From NCBI GenBank assembly GCA_947259765.1, contig CAMYNG010000006.1, positions 2,880 through 66,879 on the forward strand: 64,000 nucleotides of DNA. Direction: 5' to 3'. Source of the DNA: an uncultured Ectothiorhodospiraceae bacterium. Its GTDB lineage: Bacteria; Pseudomonadota; Gammaproteobacteria; CAMYNG01. Under the pieces are notes generated by a model. It was not told the origin of the DNA, searched no databases, and saw nothing but the letters and a program-made list of their open reading frames with translations. This document shows positions 39,385-49,265 of this stretch, in pieces (positions within the stretch are counted from its first letter, which is position 1; each line of letters begins with the position of its first letter). The position numbers and the translations under genes are program-made.

Positions 39385-40731
39385 TTAACGTGCGCTTAGC
39401 AAATGCATTCCTTTCAGCACATTGATGGCCTCGTATAGGAAGTAGTCAGATGCCGCAAGCGGCTCTTCCTTTTCCTTTGTGGCGCCATCTTTCTTTTTGC
39501 CACCGTCCGGCTTCTTGGATTGGCCCTTACTTCCGGATTTCTTGCCGCCGTTATCAAGGTGCCCGGTCAGATCACTTTCCTTAAGAAGACCCAAACCGTC
39601 ATCATCGCGTATATCCACTTTTAGATTGTCGAGTTTGATATCCGGCGTAATGCCTTCCGCCTGAATAGAACGACCGGAAGGGGTGTAATAACGCGCGGTG
39701 GTCAATTTAAGCGCGGTATTGTTGCCCAGGGGCACCACAGTTTGTACAGAGCCTTTACCGAATGTTTGTTTGCCCATAACAATAGCGCGCTTGTGATCCT
39801 GCAGAGCACCGGCGACGATTTCCGACGCCGAGGCGGAACCGCCGTTAACCAGCACGACCATGGGGATTGAATTGATCATATCCGTGGGATTCGCCTGATG
39901 CTTGAGTTGATTTTCGTCACTACGTCCCTTGACGCTGACGATCATTCCGTTGGTAAGAAAGACGTCGGAGACGGCGACTGCGGCATCCAAAAGTCCACCC
40001 GGGTTATTTCGCAGATCCAATACCATGCCGCGAAGACCATCCTTGTTTTCCTTTTTTAGTTTTTTAATGGCGTCTTTCAGTTCACTGCCGGTGCGTTCCT
40101 GAAACTGAGTAATGCGAATATAACCATATCCGTCTTCAATAGTGCGCGATTTGACACTTTTAACCCGAATGCGATCACGCGTAATGCTGATTTTGAGTGG
40201 CTTCTCTGCGCCTTCGCGAACTACGGTCAGGGTAATTTCCGATCCAGGCTTGCCGCGCATCATTTTCACTGCGTCGTCCAGAGTCATGCCCTTCACCGGT
40301 GTTTCGTCGAGACGAATGATGAGATCCCCCGCCTTGATCCCGGCCCGGTCTGCCGGCGTGTCATCTATCGGCGACACGACTTTAACAAAGCCGTCTTCCA
40401 TTCCAACCACGATTCCCAGGCCACCGAATTCGCCGGTCGTACCCACGCGCAGTTCCTGGAAGGCTTCCTTATCCAAATAACTTGAATGGGGATCGAGTCC
40501 GGTCAACATGCCACGAATGGCGTTTTCCAGGAGCGTGCTGTCTTTGACGTCCTCAACGTAGTTTTCCTTAATTTTGCCGAAAACCTCACTCAGACTGCGA
40601 ACTTCTTCTAAGGGCAGGGTTGAAAACCGCGCATTGTTACGGTCTGCAAGCACGCCATGGCCAATCGCAAGGAATAAGCCTAATAGCAGGCCCGTGAAAA
40701 GAATTGATACGTTTCGCAAAGAGGGTTTCAT
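39385..40731 (-). CDS. ctpA: S41 family carboxyl-terminal processing protease
   Basis: LDPHS, PDZ motif GLGI, DLRNNPGG, SASASEIV, TFGKGSVQ, TTARYYTPSG. Confidence 0.93.
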   Translation of the reverse strand: MKPSLRNVSILFTGLLLGLFLAIGHGVLADRNNARFSTLPLEEVRSLSEVFGKIKENYVEDVKDSTLLENAIRGMLTGLDPHSSYLDKEAFQELRVGTTGEFGGLGIVVGMEDGFVKVVSPIDDTPADRAGIKAGDLIIRLDETPVKGMTLDDAVKMMRGKPGSEITLTVVREGAEKPLKISITRDRIRVKSVKSRTIEDGYGYIRITQFQERTGSELKDAIKKLKKENKDGLRGMVLDLRNNPGGLLDAAVAVSDVFLTNGMIVSVKGRSDENQLKHQANPTDMINSIPMVVLVNGGSASASEIVAGALQDHKRAIVMGKQTFGKGSVQTVVPLGNNTALKLTTARYYTPSGRSIQAEGITPDIKLDNLKVDIRDDDGLGLLKESDLTGHLDNGGKKSGSKGQSKKPDGGKKKDGATKEKEEPLAASDYFLYEAINVLKGMHLLSAR

Positions 40732-40919
40732 TTCGGTGACAGCTCCAGGGCAAAGCCGGCTCCAGCGGGCTGCCCGATTAATCGTAAGGGATTGATATTA
40801 GCGTAATTCGTATGTGGTCACACTATATAATAATAGACGCCGCTGTGCCGATAAGTTCCCGATACCTTTCCGCTTGGCACGTTGTGCGGTCGTTTTTGAG
40901 GCCGTTAAGCCGGCCTCCA

Positions 40920-42113
40920 CTAGCTTTTTCGGCACCATTTCGCAGGATTTGAGGGTTGACCGTTGTGACGGATCTCAAAATACAAGCCGGCTGTATCTCG
41001 ACCGCCACTTTTACCCACGGCCGCCAGGACCTCTCCGGCTTCCACCCAATCTCCGGTTTCCTTATACAGGCTTTGATTATGCCCATACAAACTCATAAAA
41101 CCATCACCGTGATCAACAATAATAAGCAGGCCATAGCCACGCAGCCAATCGGCAAATGCCACCCGACCGCGTGACACCGCACGTACGTTGTTGCCTTCTT
41201 TGGCATTTATCAGCACGCCGTTCCAGGTCACTCGGCCTCCGGCCCGCTTTTTTCCGAACAGGCGATTCACACGCCCCTGCGCCGGCCAGGTTAATTTACC
41301 CTTCAGGCTTGAAAATGACCTTTGTTCGCCTGCCTCGGCAGGTATATCCGCGAGCATTTCGCGAATGGCATTCAGAAGTTTTTCCAGCTGCTGCTCATCT
41401 TCTACCAGACGGCTCAGCTCTTCGCCCTTGGCCAGTATTTCGGTCTTGAGCTGTGCCACAAGCAACCTTCGCGCACGCACGGTGTTGTCAAGCGCGGCCT
41501 TGTCGCGATGTTTCTGTTTCTGCAGTTGGCGCAGGGTGGTGGATTCGGTCTCAATATCTTGCTCCACCACGGCCAGTTCCTGGATGGACAGCATCGCCTT
41601 GTCGATCCGCGCGCTGCGTGCCTGATTAAAATAGCGATAGTAGGTGAACACGCGACCGGCGAGCGCCGGACTTTCCTGATTAAGTACCAGCTTAAGATAC
41701 TCTTGCCGACCGATAACATAGGCAGCGTGTACCTGTTCAGCAAGCAGCTGGCGTTGCTGTCCGACTTCTCTGTTCAGGCGCGCGCGATCGCGCTGTAAAA
41801 CTTCAAGCCGACGCTCCTGTTTGCGCAGCTGGGATTTGAGCCGCCGTAGTTTTTGTACGAGTTTACCGATTCGACTTTCGGTGTTACGTAATTCAGTACT
41901 GGCTTTCTCGTGTTCACCCTGCACTGAAAGCAGGTCGTTGCGGACAGACTCGATACGTTGTTTAAGCTGCTCCAGTTCCGCGGTTTTCGCGCGGCGTTCG
42001 CTGTCACTCAGGCCCGCTTGTACTCCTGCAACGCAGGCTAGAAAAACGAGTGCTGAAAAAACAACAACGGACAGAGGCTGAATCAAGACGCGCAGGAAAA
42101 TAGAATTCAGCAT
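40920..42113 (-). CDS. envC: Murein hydrolase activator EnvC
   Basis: Long coiled coil plus degenerate M23 domain (WNGV, SLYGHNQ, LYFEIR); synteny with gpmI and ctpA. Confidence 0.93.
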   Translation of the reverse strand: MLNSIFLRVLIQPLSVVVFSALVFLACVAGVQAGLSDSERRAKTAELEQLKQRIESVRNDLLSVQGEHEKASTELRNTESRIGKLVQKLRRLKSQLRKQERRLEVLQRDRARLNREVGQQRQLLAEQVHAAYVIGRQEYLKLVLNQESPALAGRVFTYYRYFNQARSARIDKAMLSIQELAVVEQDIETESTTLRQLQKQKHRDKAALDNTVRARRLLVAQLKTEILAKGEELSRLVEDEQQLEKLLNAIREMLADIPAEAGEQRSFSSLKGKLTWPAQGRVNRLFGKKRAGGRVTWNGVLINAKEGNNVRAVSRGRVAFADWLRGYGLLIIVDHGDGFMSLYGHNQSLYKETGDWVEAGEVLAAVGKSGGRDTAGLYFEIRHNGQPSNPAKWCRKS

Positions 42114-42126
42114 CCGCAGACTGGGT

Positions 42127-43695
42127 TCATGCGCTTTCCTTGATGTCCTCGGAAAAGGAAATCAGCGAGCGGCCATTCATTTCATTAGGTTGCTCCAGGC
42201 CCATTAGAAACAGCATGCTGGGAGCAACATCCGACAATGCGCCTGAAGCCGCCATTTGCGCCGGCCGACCGACATAGAGCAGTGGAACCGTATTTGACGT
42301 GTGTGCCGTGTGCGCCTGTCCAGTTGAGGCATTACTCATTTGTTCTGCATTACCGTGGTCAGCCGTAATAAGCACTTCACCGCCGGCCTGCTGTATTGCC
42401 TCTACAGCACGCCCTATACAACCATCAAGGAATTCGATTGCTTTAACCGTCGCATCAAAGTTTCCGGTATGACCGACCATATCAGGGTTCGCGAAGTTAC
42501 AAATAATGACGTCGTACTTACTGCTTTCGACTGCAGCTACCAGCTTGTCGGTCACCTCTCCCGCGCTCATCTCGGGCCGCTCATCGTAAGTGGTAATGTC
42601 ACTGGGTGATGGAACCAGTACCCGATCTTCAAATTCAAACGGCACTTCACGACCGCCGTTGAAGAAGAACGTAACATGCGCGTATTTCTCGGTCTCGGCA
42701 ATGCGCAATTGCTGCAGTCCAAGGTGGGAAACGTACTCGCCAAACACGTTTTGTAATCGGTCTGGAGGATAGGCGACGGGCACATCGAACTCGGCGTTGT
42801 ATTCAGTCAGGCTGACAAACGCACCCAGCTTGGGGACTGACTCACGCACGAAGCCGTCAAAGTCCGGCTCAATAAACGGCCGGGTGATCTGCCGCGCTCT
42901 GTCTGAGCGGTAATTCATGAAGACCAAAACATCACCATCTTCCATGCATACCGGCTTGTCATCGGCGGCGACGATCGCGGTGGCCTTAACAAACTCATCC
43001 GTCTCGCCGCGATTGTAGGCCATTCCGAGCGCAGTCATCGCGTCCGGCGCGGAAAACTCCGCCTTGCCTTGTGTGATCAGATCATAGGCTGCCTGCACGC
43101 GCGGCCAGCGATGATCCCGGTCCATTGCATAAAACCGGCCTATTACCGAGGAAAACGATCCACAGCCGAGCTCGTCGAACTTGGCCTGCATCTTTTTTAA
43201 AGACTCGGCGGCACTTTTGGGCGCCGTGTCGCGGCCATCCAGAAAGGCGTGCAGGTAAATCCTTTGGGCGCCGCGTTTGGCTGCCAACTCGACCATCGCA
43301 TGAATATGGTCTTCGTGACTGTGCACCCCACCCGGAGATAACAAGCCGAGAACGTGCACAGCCTTATTTGTTCCAATCGCCTTATCGACGGCATCCGTCA
43401 GCGTTTGGTTATTGAAAAACGAGCCGGTCTTAATGGACCTGTTAACCCGGGTAAACTCCTGGTAAACCACCCGACCGGCACCAAGATTGAGATGTCCCAC
43501 CTCTGAATTGCCCATTTGACCCGACGGCAGACCGACTTCAGCACCAGAACCGCGGATCAGGGTGTGAGGGTATGTATTCCACAATCGATCCCAGTTGGGT
43601 TTGTTGGCGGCAAGAATCGCGTTGCCGGTGGAGTCTTCAGAGTAACCCCAACCATCCAGAATGATCAGTGTAATAGGTTTTAAATTCAATGACAT
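42127..43695 (-). CDS. gpmI: 2,3-bisphosphoglycerate-independent phosphoglycerate mutase
   Basis: [40 protein letters not shown]. Confidence 0.98.
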   Translation of the reverse strand: MSLNLKPITLIILDGWGYSEDSTGNAILAANKPNWDRLWNTYPHTLIRGSGAEVGLPSGQMGNSEVGHLNLGAGRVVYQEFTRVNRSIKTGSFFNNQTLTDAVDKAIGTNKAVHVLGLLSPGGVHSHEDHIHAMVELAAKRGAQRIYLHAFLDGRDTAPKSAAESLKKMQAKFDELGCGSFSSVIGRFYAMDRDHRWPRVQAAYDLITQGKAEFSAPDAMTALGMAYNRGETDEFVKATAIVAADDKPVCMEDGDVLVFMNYRSDRARQITRPFIEPDFDGFVRESVPKLGAFVSLTEYNAEFDVPVAYPPDRLQNVFGEYVSHLGLQQLRIAETEKYAHVTFFFNGGREVPFEFEDRVLVPSPSDITTYDERPEMSAGEVTDKLVAAVESSKYDVIICNFANPDMVGHTGNFDATVKAIEFLDGCIGRAVEAIQQAGGEVLITADHGNAEQMSNASTGQAHTAHTSNTVPLLYVGRPAQMAASGALSDVAPSMLFLMGLEQPNEMNGRSLISFSEDIKESA

Positions 43696-43974
43696 AGAAA
43701 ATTTTTCGAACTTTTCGTGAAACGAGTTTGCTTACTGATTTAGACGTATTCTAATCCCATTTGCCCAAGAGGATCATGTGCACCGCTCGCTGTTCCGGCA
43801 CTTTATGTGCACAACCGAGCAAAAAATAGCACTTGTAGGGTTTTTTTCCTTCTCAAACGGTAGATTATTGTATAATGTTTTAGTAATAAATGGCACGCAT
43901 CAACGCCCCGGACACAATGTCCAAATGGTTAGATTTCTCTTACAACGTTCGATTTGACGTGCATAGGCCGAACC

Positions 43975-44295
43975 ATGATGAATCAGCTTGAAACGGCAAT
44001 ATTACTTACGCGGGACGAGGACATCGATCGCGCTTCCCGCTCACTGAAAGCAATGTCTCATCCCCTGCGCTTGAAGATTCTCTGCACCTTGGGAGATCGC
44101 GAAATAAGCGTGCAAGACATTGTAGATTCCGTCGGGACTTCGCAAAGTAATATTTCCCAGCATCTGGCTATACTTCGTGACAAGGGAATTCTTGCATCAC
44201 GCAAGGATGCCAACCGTGTGTATTACCGGGTAGGCGATTCGCGCACCCTGCGCTTGATCGATATGATGCGCGAAGTTTTCTGCAACACCCTCTGA
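43975..44295 (+). CDS. ArsR/SmtB family transcriptional regulator (BigR/YgaV-like)
   Basis: LKAMSHPLRLKILC, SQSNISQHL, C-terminal FC. Confidence 0.9.
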   Translation: MMNQLETAILLTRDEDIDRASRSLKAMSHPLRLKILCTLGDREISVQDIVDSVGTSQSNISQHLAILRDKGILASRKDANRVYYRVGDSRTLRLIDMMREVFCNTL

Positions 44296-44443
44296 ACGGA
44301 TTCTTTAACTACGGTAGTACCCTGAAAGATGACGCCGTGTCTCGCGGTATCAACGACGAGTAGTGATATTTAGAGAATACTCGTAATATCTGACCACATT
44401 TTGCAGCAAACACAAAGAAGCTCACTCGACCACGTTCAAGGCT

Positions 44444-44869
44444 ATGGACCAATATATTGAATTTGTAAGTAACCATTTAATGCTGAGCGCCGCACTGCTG
44501 GTGATCACAATCATGCTGGTTTACACTTTTGTCGCGCCCTATTTGCGCGCCTGGAAAAGCGTCACCCCCCAAGAAGCCACTCGGTTAATTAACCACGATC
44601 AAGCTGTAATTCTTGATATACGTGAAGACCGAGAATTCCAGGGCGGACATATCGTTAACTCCATTCACATACCCATGGGGATGGTGAACAAACGGCTCGC
44701 TGATCTCGAAAAACATAAAGACAAACCCATTATTGTTGGTTGTCGTTCCGGCAGTCGATCAGCAAGTACTTGCAATGTGCTCAGTAAAAACGGATTTGAA
44801 AAAGTGTATAACCTTGGTGGCGGAATCATGGCCTGGGAAGGCGCCAGTCTGCCACTTAGCAAAAAGTAA
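44444..44869 (+). CDS. Membrane-anchored rhodanese (YibN-like)
   Basis: N-terminal TM helix, LDIRE, GHI, CRSGSRS, LGGGIMAW; precedes grxC-secB-gpsA. Confidence 0.9.
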   Translation: MDQYIEFVSNHLMLSAALLVITIMLVYTFVAPYLRAWKSVTPQEATRLINHDQAVILDIREDREFQGGHIVNSIHIPMGMVNKRLADLEKHKDKPIIVGCRSGSRSASTCNVLSKNGFEKVYNLGGGIMAWEGASLPLSKK

Positions 44870-44889
44870 CAACTACAAGGAGGCGTCGT

Positions 44890-45171
44890 ATGACTAATGT
44901 TGTAATGTACAGTTCCCCGTGGTGTCCATATTGCACCCGTGCACGTGCGCTCTTGCAGCAAAAGGGTGTCGACTTTGAGGAAATCATGGTGGATCGCGAA
45001 CCACAGCTTCGCGCTGAAATGGTTGAACGAAGCGGCGGTGTTACCAGCGTGCCACAAATTTTTATCGGTGATCTGCATGTAGGTGGCTGCGACGATATGT
45101 TTGCCCTTGAGGCCAAGGGCGAATTGGATGCCTTGCTGAATCCTCAACCGCAAGCCCGTACCTCAGGCTAG
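44890..45171 (+). CDS. grxC: Glutaredoxin 3
   Basis: CPYC, SVPQIFI, GGCDD. Confidence 0.95.
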   Translation: MTNVVMYSSPWCPYCTRARALLQQKGVDFEEIMVDREPQLRAEMVERSGGVTSVPQIFIGDLHVGGCDDMFALEAKGELDALLNPQPQARTSG

Positions 45172-45330
45172 CTCACCTGTTCGCGGGGCCGTATCCCACT
45201 GGATAAAACGCGCAGCCCCCCATCTCTCCCCCCCGTGAAATACTAAGTCCACAAATGCGGTGGCCGAGCCATTTCTGCTAACATAGGCGGCCCGTTTCCA
45301 AGTGGAAACCGAACGACCCAGGAAAACGTA

Positions 45331-45816
45331 ATGACAGACACCGAACCAAAATCCACTGCTGGCGCAAACGCGGAAGCCGCGCAGCCCGCCCAGCAATTCC
45401 AGATCCAGAAGATCTACATAAAGGATCTTTCCTTCGAGTCACCCAATGCACCCGGGATGTTCACGGATTCCTTTCAGCCGAATGTTGATTTTGAGATGAA
45501 TACCGAAGGTAACAGTCTCGGCGACGATCTCTACGATGTGACCCTGACCATTACGGTTACTGCAAAGCACAATGACAATACGGCGTTTCTTGTAGAGATC
45601 AAACAGTCAGGTGTATTCAGCATCAGCGGTTTTGACCAGGATCAACTTGGTCATATGTTGGGCAGCTACTGCCCGAATATTCTTTTCCCCTATGCACGTG
45701 AGGCCGTCTCGGACCTTGTGACTCGCGGCGGTTTCCCGCCCCTGTTACTCGCCCCGGTCAACTTTGATGCCCTCTATGCCCAACACTTGCAACAACAGGC
45801 CCAGCAGGCATCTTGA
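45331..45816 (+). CDS. secB: Protein-export chaperone SecB
   Basis: QKIYIKDLSFESP, CPNILFPYARE, PVNFDALY. Confidence 0.97.
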   Translation: MTDTEPKSTAGANAEAAQPAQQFQIQKIYIKDLSFESPNAPGMFTDSFQPNVDFEMNTEGNSLGDDLYDVTLTITVTAKHNDNTAFLVEIKQSGVFSISGFDQDQLGHMLGSYCPNILFPYAREAVSDLVTRGGFPPLLLAPVNFDALYAQHLQQQAQQAS

Positions 45817-45882
45817 ATCCGGTCAATTCAGCCGGCACGGTCAACTCACGCGAGCGGACCCTGCCACTTGGCAAGTTCTAGA

Positions 45883-46896
45883 ATGACTGAGCAGATTAAA
45901 GCACCGATTGCGGTACTCGGTGCCGGCGCTTGGGGTACCGCGCTGGCCGTGCATCTTGGCCGCAACGGTTTTCCTGTCCGGCTTTGGGCCCATCGTCCGG
46001 AGCACATCGCACAAATGTCGGCCGAGCGGTGTAATACACGTTCGTTGCCGGGTGTTGATTTTCCTGCCGGCCTGCAGCCGGAAAGCAATTTGGCCGTCGC
46101 GCTGGAAAACTGTTCGCTGGTTTTGTTGGTGGTTCCAAGTCAGGTCTTTCGTGAAACACTAAACGCCATCAAGCCCTACCTTGATCCCAAACAACGCCTG
46201 GCGTGGGGCACCAAAGGCATGGAGCGCGGTAGTAACAAGCTCCTGCACCAGTTGGTCAGCGAAGAGCTTGGCGAAAACGTGGACACGGCATGCATTTCCG
46301 GCCCGACCTTTGCTGCCGAAGTCGGCAGGGGCCTGCCCGGCGCGGTCACCGTCGCTTCGCGCAATTCGGCTTTTGCCACAGAGGTTGCCGAAATTCTTTG
46401 CAATCCGCATTTTAGAGCCTATACGAGTGATGACATCGTCGGTGTGGAACTGGGCGGCGCACTCAAGAACGTACTGGCCATTGCCGCCGGGATCGCCGAC
46501 GGACTGGGGTTTGGTGCAAATACCCGGGCAGCCTTGATCACACGCGGTCTGCACGAGCTCATGCGCCTGGGTAAAACGCTCGGCGGGCAGGCCGAAACCT
46601 TCATGGGGCTCGCCGGCCTGGGCGATCTCATTTTGACCTGCACCGATAACCAATCCCGCAATCGTCGCTTTGGCCTCGCTATCGGCAAGGGTGAAAACAT
46701 GGACAAAGCTATTAATGACATCGGCCAGGTGGTGGAGGGCGTACATTCTGCCGCCGAAGCCTGGGCCCTGGCACAACAACATCACATCGACATGCCCATC
46801 GCCGGTCAGGTCTACAAAGTATTATACGAAAACGAAGATCCGCATGATGCCGTGCGTGACTTGCTTGATCGGGACGTGAAACCTGAAATCGCCTGA
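45883..46896 (+). CDS. gpsA: NAD(P)H-dependent glycerol-3-phosphate dehydrogenase
   Basis: GAGAWGTALA, SGPTFA, GGALKNV, GLGDLILTC, SRNR. Confidence 0.97.
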   Translation: MTEQIKAPIAVLGAGAWGTALAVHLGRNGFPVRLWAHRPEHIAQMSAERCNTRSLPGVDFPAGLQPESNLAVALENCSLVLLVVPSQVFRETLNAIKPYLDPKQRLAWGTKGMERGSNKLLHQLVSEELGENVDTACISGPTFAAEVGRGLPGAVTVASRNSAFATEVAEILCNPHFRAYTSDDIVGVELGGALKNVLAIAAGIADGLGFGANTRAALITRGLHELMRLGKTLGGQAETFMGLAGLGDLILTCTDNQSRNRRFGLAIGKGENMDKAINDIGQVVEGVHSAAEAWALAQQHHIDMPIAGQVYKVLYENEDPHDAVRDLLDRDVKPEIA

Positions 46897-47097
46897 CCTT
46901 CGTCACCACCACCGAACTATACTGTGATACTCATTTTCGTTCGTTGAATACCGATTCAGCACTAAACATCTCTGGTACATATTGTGCTTTTTTCTATTTG
47001 GTAATATTCACATTGACTGCTCAAAGAATTTTCTCTATTTAATGTAATACACCACTCTAGTTTGTTGTCTCAGGTGGGTCGCAAGGAGGTGATCGTA

Positions 47098-47409
47098 ATG
47101 CCGGCGGATCTCAACCCATCCCAGGTCTTGGGTAGCTGGTTTCATTCTCATGAGGAGGATGAGCCGGGACGCAAGATTTACCGATCTGCAGGTTTTCCTT
47201 TTCCTCCCTCACGCGGCCGAACCGGCTTCACCATTGAAGCCAACGGAGATGTCGTAATTAATCAACCCGGCATGGACGATCGAACAACGACGAACCCGGG
47301 GACTTGGTCCCTTGATGGCAACATACTTACCATCACCTCAACAACCTGGTCGGGTTCCTTCGAGGTTGTAAAGACGATCGAGGATTCGTACGTCCTGCGC
47401 CAACGCTGA
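47098..47409 (+). CDS. Small beta-rich hypothetical protein (103 aa), first gene of the protease/ATP-grasp operon
   Basis: Strong AAGGAGGT RBS; [28 protein letters not shown]; 13 nt upstream of the protease gene. Confidence 0.75.
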   Translation: MPADLNPSQVLGSWFHSHEEDEPGRKIYRSAGFPFPPSRGRTGFTIEANGDVVINQPGMDDRTTTNPGTWSLDGNILTITSTTWSGSFEVVKTIEDSYVLRQR

Positions 47410-47422
47410 CAAGGAGTCAAAA

Positions 47423-49156
47423 ATGGCTGAGAAAGGAAAAGACAAGGAAAAAGAGAATAAACCCCCTATTCGGCGCGGCTGCGGCACCATGCAGGTGCAC
47501 GAGCGAATGCTACGCACCGTCCGAGGCTACCGTGAGGCTCGCGATTCATGCGAAAACCACGCCTGGCGCGCCGCGTTTTCGCCGTATGTCGGGCGCACCG
47601 GCTGTACCAAGATACCGGTTGTAGTCCATGTAGTTTATAAAACCAGTGCACAAAATATTTCAGATGCACAGGTTAAGAGTCAAATCGATGTACTCAACGC
47701 TGACTTCCGAAAAAAGAACCCGGACACCAGCACAGTACCCGCCCCGTTCCAGCCTCTCGTTGATGATGCGCGCATTGAATTTGAACTCGCGACTGTTGAT
47801 CCTGATGGTAATCCCACGGACGGCATTGACCGTGTCAGCACAACCAACAACTCGTTTACCGATGACGACGGAGTGAAATCTACCGCTAGTGGTGGCGCCG
47901 ATCCCTGGCCCAGCGACCGTTATCTCAATATATGGGTGTGCCAACTGGCAAGTTTTTTGGGGTATGCACAGTTTCCCGGCGGGCCCGCAGCCACGGATGG
48001 CGTGGTTATCCTGCATTCAGCTTTCGGTACCACTGGCACTGCGGCTGCGCCTTTCGATCTTGGTCGCACCGCGACCCACGAAATTGGCCACTGGTTAAAT
48101 CTTCGTCATATTTGGGGCGACGATGGAAACGGCTGCTCGGGAAGTGACTTTGTGGCCGATACACCCAATCAAGCCGGTCCAAACTACGGCACGCCGGCGT
48201 TTCCAAGCGTCAGTTGCAGCAACGGGCCCAACGGCGACATGTTCATGAACTACATGGACTATGTTGATGATGTGGCGATGGTCATGTTCTCACAGGGCCA
48301 GGTTAATCGGATGCAAGCCACGCTTGATGGTACGAGAAGCAGTATCGGTACAAGCACTCCGTGCGGAAAAATTCTCCCGAAGGAATTTCCTAAAGATGGT
48401 CCAAAAGAGTTTCCCAAGGAATTTCCTAAAGACTTGCCGAAAGAGTGGCCTAAAGAATTTCCTAAGGAGGGGCCCAAAGATTTTCCAAAAGAGTTCCCGA
48501 AGGAATTTCCCAAGGATGGACCCAAAGAATTTCCGAAGGACGGGCCCAAAGATTTTCCAAAGGAGTTCCCAAAGGAATTTCCCAAGGACGGACCCAAAGA
48601 ATTTCCGAAGGACGGGCCCAAAGATTTTCCAAAAGAGTTCCCAAAGGAATTTCCCAAGGATGGACCCAAAGAATTTCCGAAAGAGTTCCCCAAGGATGGA
48701 CCAAAAGAACTCCCCAAAGACGGGCCCAAGGACTTTCCTAAAGAACCCGTTAAGGATGGTCCAAAGGATGGCCCAAAGGATTTCCCCAAAGATCCTGCGC
48801 TTGAGCCACCCAAGAATCCCGTTGCCGATCCACCGAAGGGACCATCCGATCTTCCCAAGGGTTTGCTTGATCCGCCCAAATCGTTCCTGGAACCACCCAT
48901 TAATTTTCCAACGATCCCAAGCCAACCGTTTGGTACGGGTGGATTACCGTTTGTGCTGGCAACACCGGCGACGGGTGGCGCATATCATTCGACTGGCCAA
49001 CCACCAAGTGACCTTGCAAGCACCTATTTGCAGCTGATGTCACATTATGCCCAACTTCACTCACAAGGAATGCTCGACGCCGCGGGCCTTGAGGCCTGGA
49101 AAAATGCGGCTGCAGCCTATCAGCAACTTGTGGGTGGTGGGGGCGCAAGCTGTTAA
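47423..49156 (+). CDS. M43 (ulilysin/pappalysin-like) zinc metalloprotease fused to a 35x PK[DE]x repeat tail; putative ATP-grasp substrate
   Basis: Propeptide Cys switch [36 protein letters not shown] zinc motif, Met-turn NYMDY; no signal peptide; AAGGAG RBS. Confidence 0.92.
   Translation: MAEKGKDKEKENKPPIRRGCGTMQVHERMLRTVRGYREARDSCENHAWRAAFSPYVGRTGCTKIPVVVHVVYKTSAQNISDAQVKSQIDVLNADFRKKNPDTSTVPAPFQPLVDDARIEFELATVDPDGNPTDGIDRVSTTNNSFTDDDGVKSTASGGADPWPSDRYLNIWVCQLASFLGYAQFPGGPAATDGVVILHSAFGTTGTAAAPFDLGRTATHEIGHWLNLRHIWGDDGNGCSGSDFVADTPNQAGPNYGTPAFPSVSCSNGPNGDMFMNYMDYVDDVAMVMFSQGQVNRMQATLDGTRSSIGTSTPCGKILPKEFPKDGPKEFPKEFPKDLPKEWPKEFPKEGPKDFPKEFPKEFPKDGPKEFPKDGPKDFPKEFPKEFPKDGPKEFPKDGPKDFPKEFPKEFPKDGPKEFPKEFPKDGPKELPKDGPKDFPKEPVKDGPKDGPKDFPKDPALEPPKNPVADPPKGPSDLPKGLLDPPKSFLEPPINFPTIPSQPFGTGGLPFVLATPATGGAYHSTGQPPSDLASTYLQLMSHYAQLHSQGMLDAAGLEAWKNAAAAYQQLVGGGGASC
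48377..48796 (+). repeat. Intragenic 12-nt tandem repeat (35 units) with a 72-nt higher-order period
   Basis: Units [12 protein letters not shown] etc.; block [24 protein letters not shown] starts at 48473, 48545 and (partially) 48617. Confidence 0.97.
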
Positions 49157-49183
49157 ACCTTTCATATGTTGAAGAACACGATA

Positions 49184-49212
49184 GCGGGACCGGTAATGTA
49201 TCCCGGTCCCGC
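49184..49212 (+). promoter_or_regulatory. GC-rich intercistronic hairpin without a U tract
   Basis: gcgggaccgg-taatgtatc-ccggtcccgc, perfect 10-bp stem. Confidence 0.6.
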
Positions 49213-49265
49213 GTAAGAAGTTCCTCGCCAAATTTTCGAACCTGTTTGTATAGGAGTACAGCAAA

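Noticed and set aside
48377-48796. Possible CRISPR array or non-coding satellite
   Set aside because: It has a 12-nt in-frame period with synonymous variation and no unique spacers; it is a coding repeat
48259-49037. Long alternative-frame and antisense ORFs over the repeat
   Set aside because: These are shadows of the stop-poor repeat with no independent RBS or domain signal
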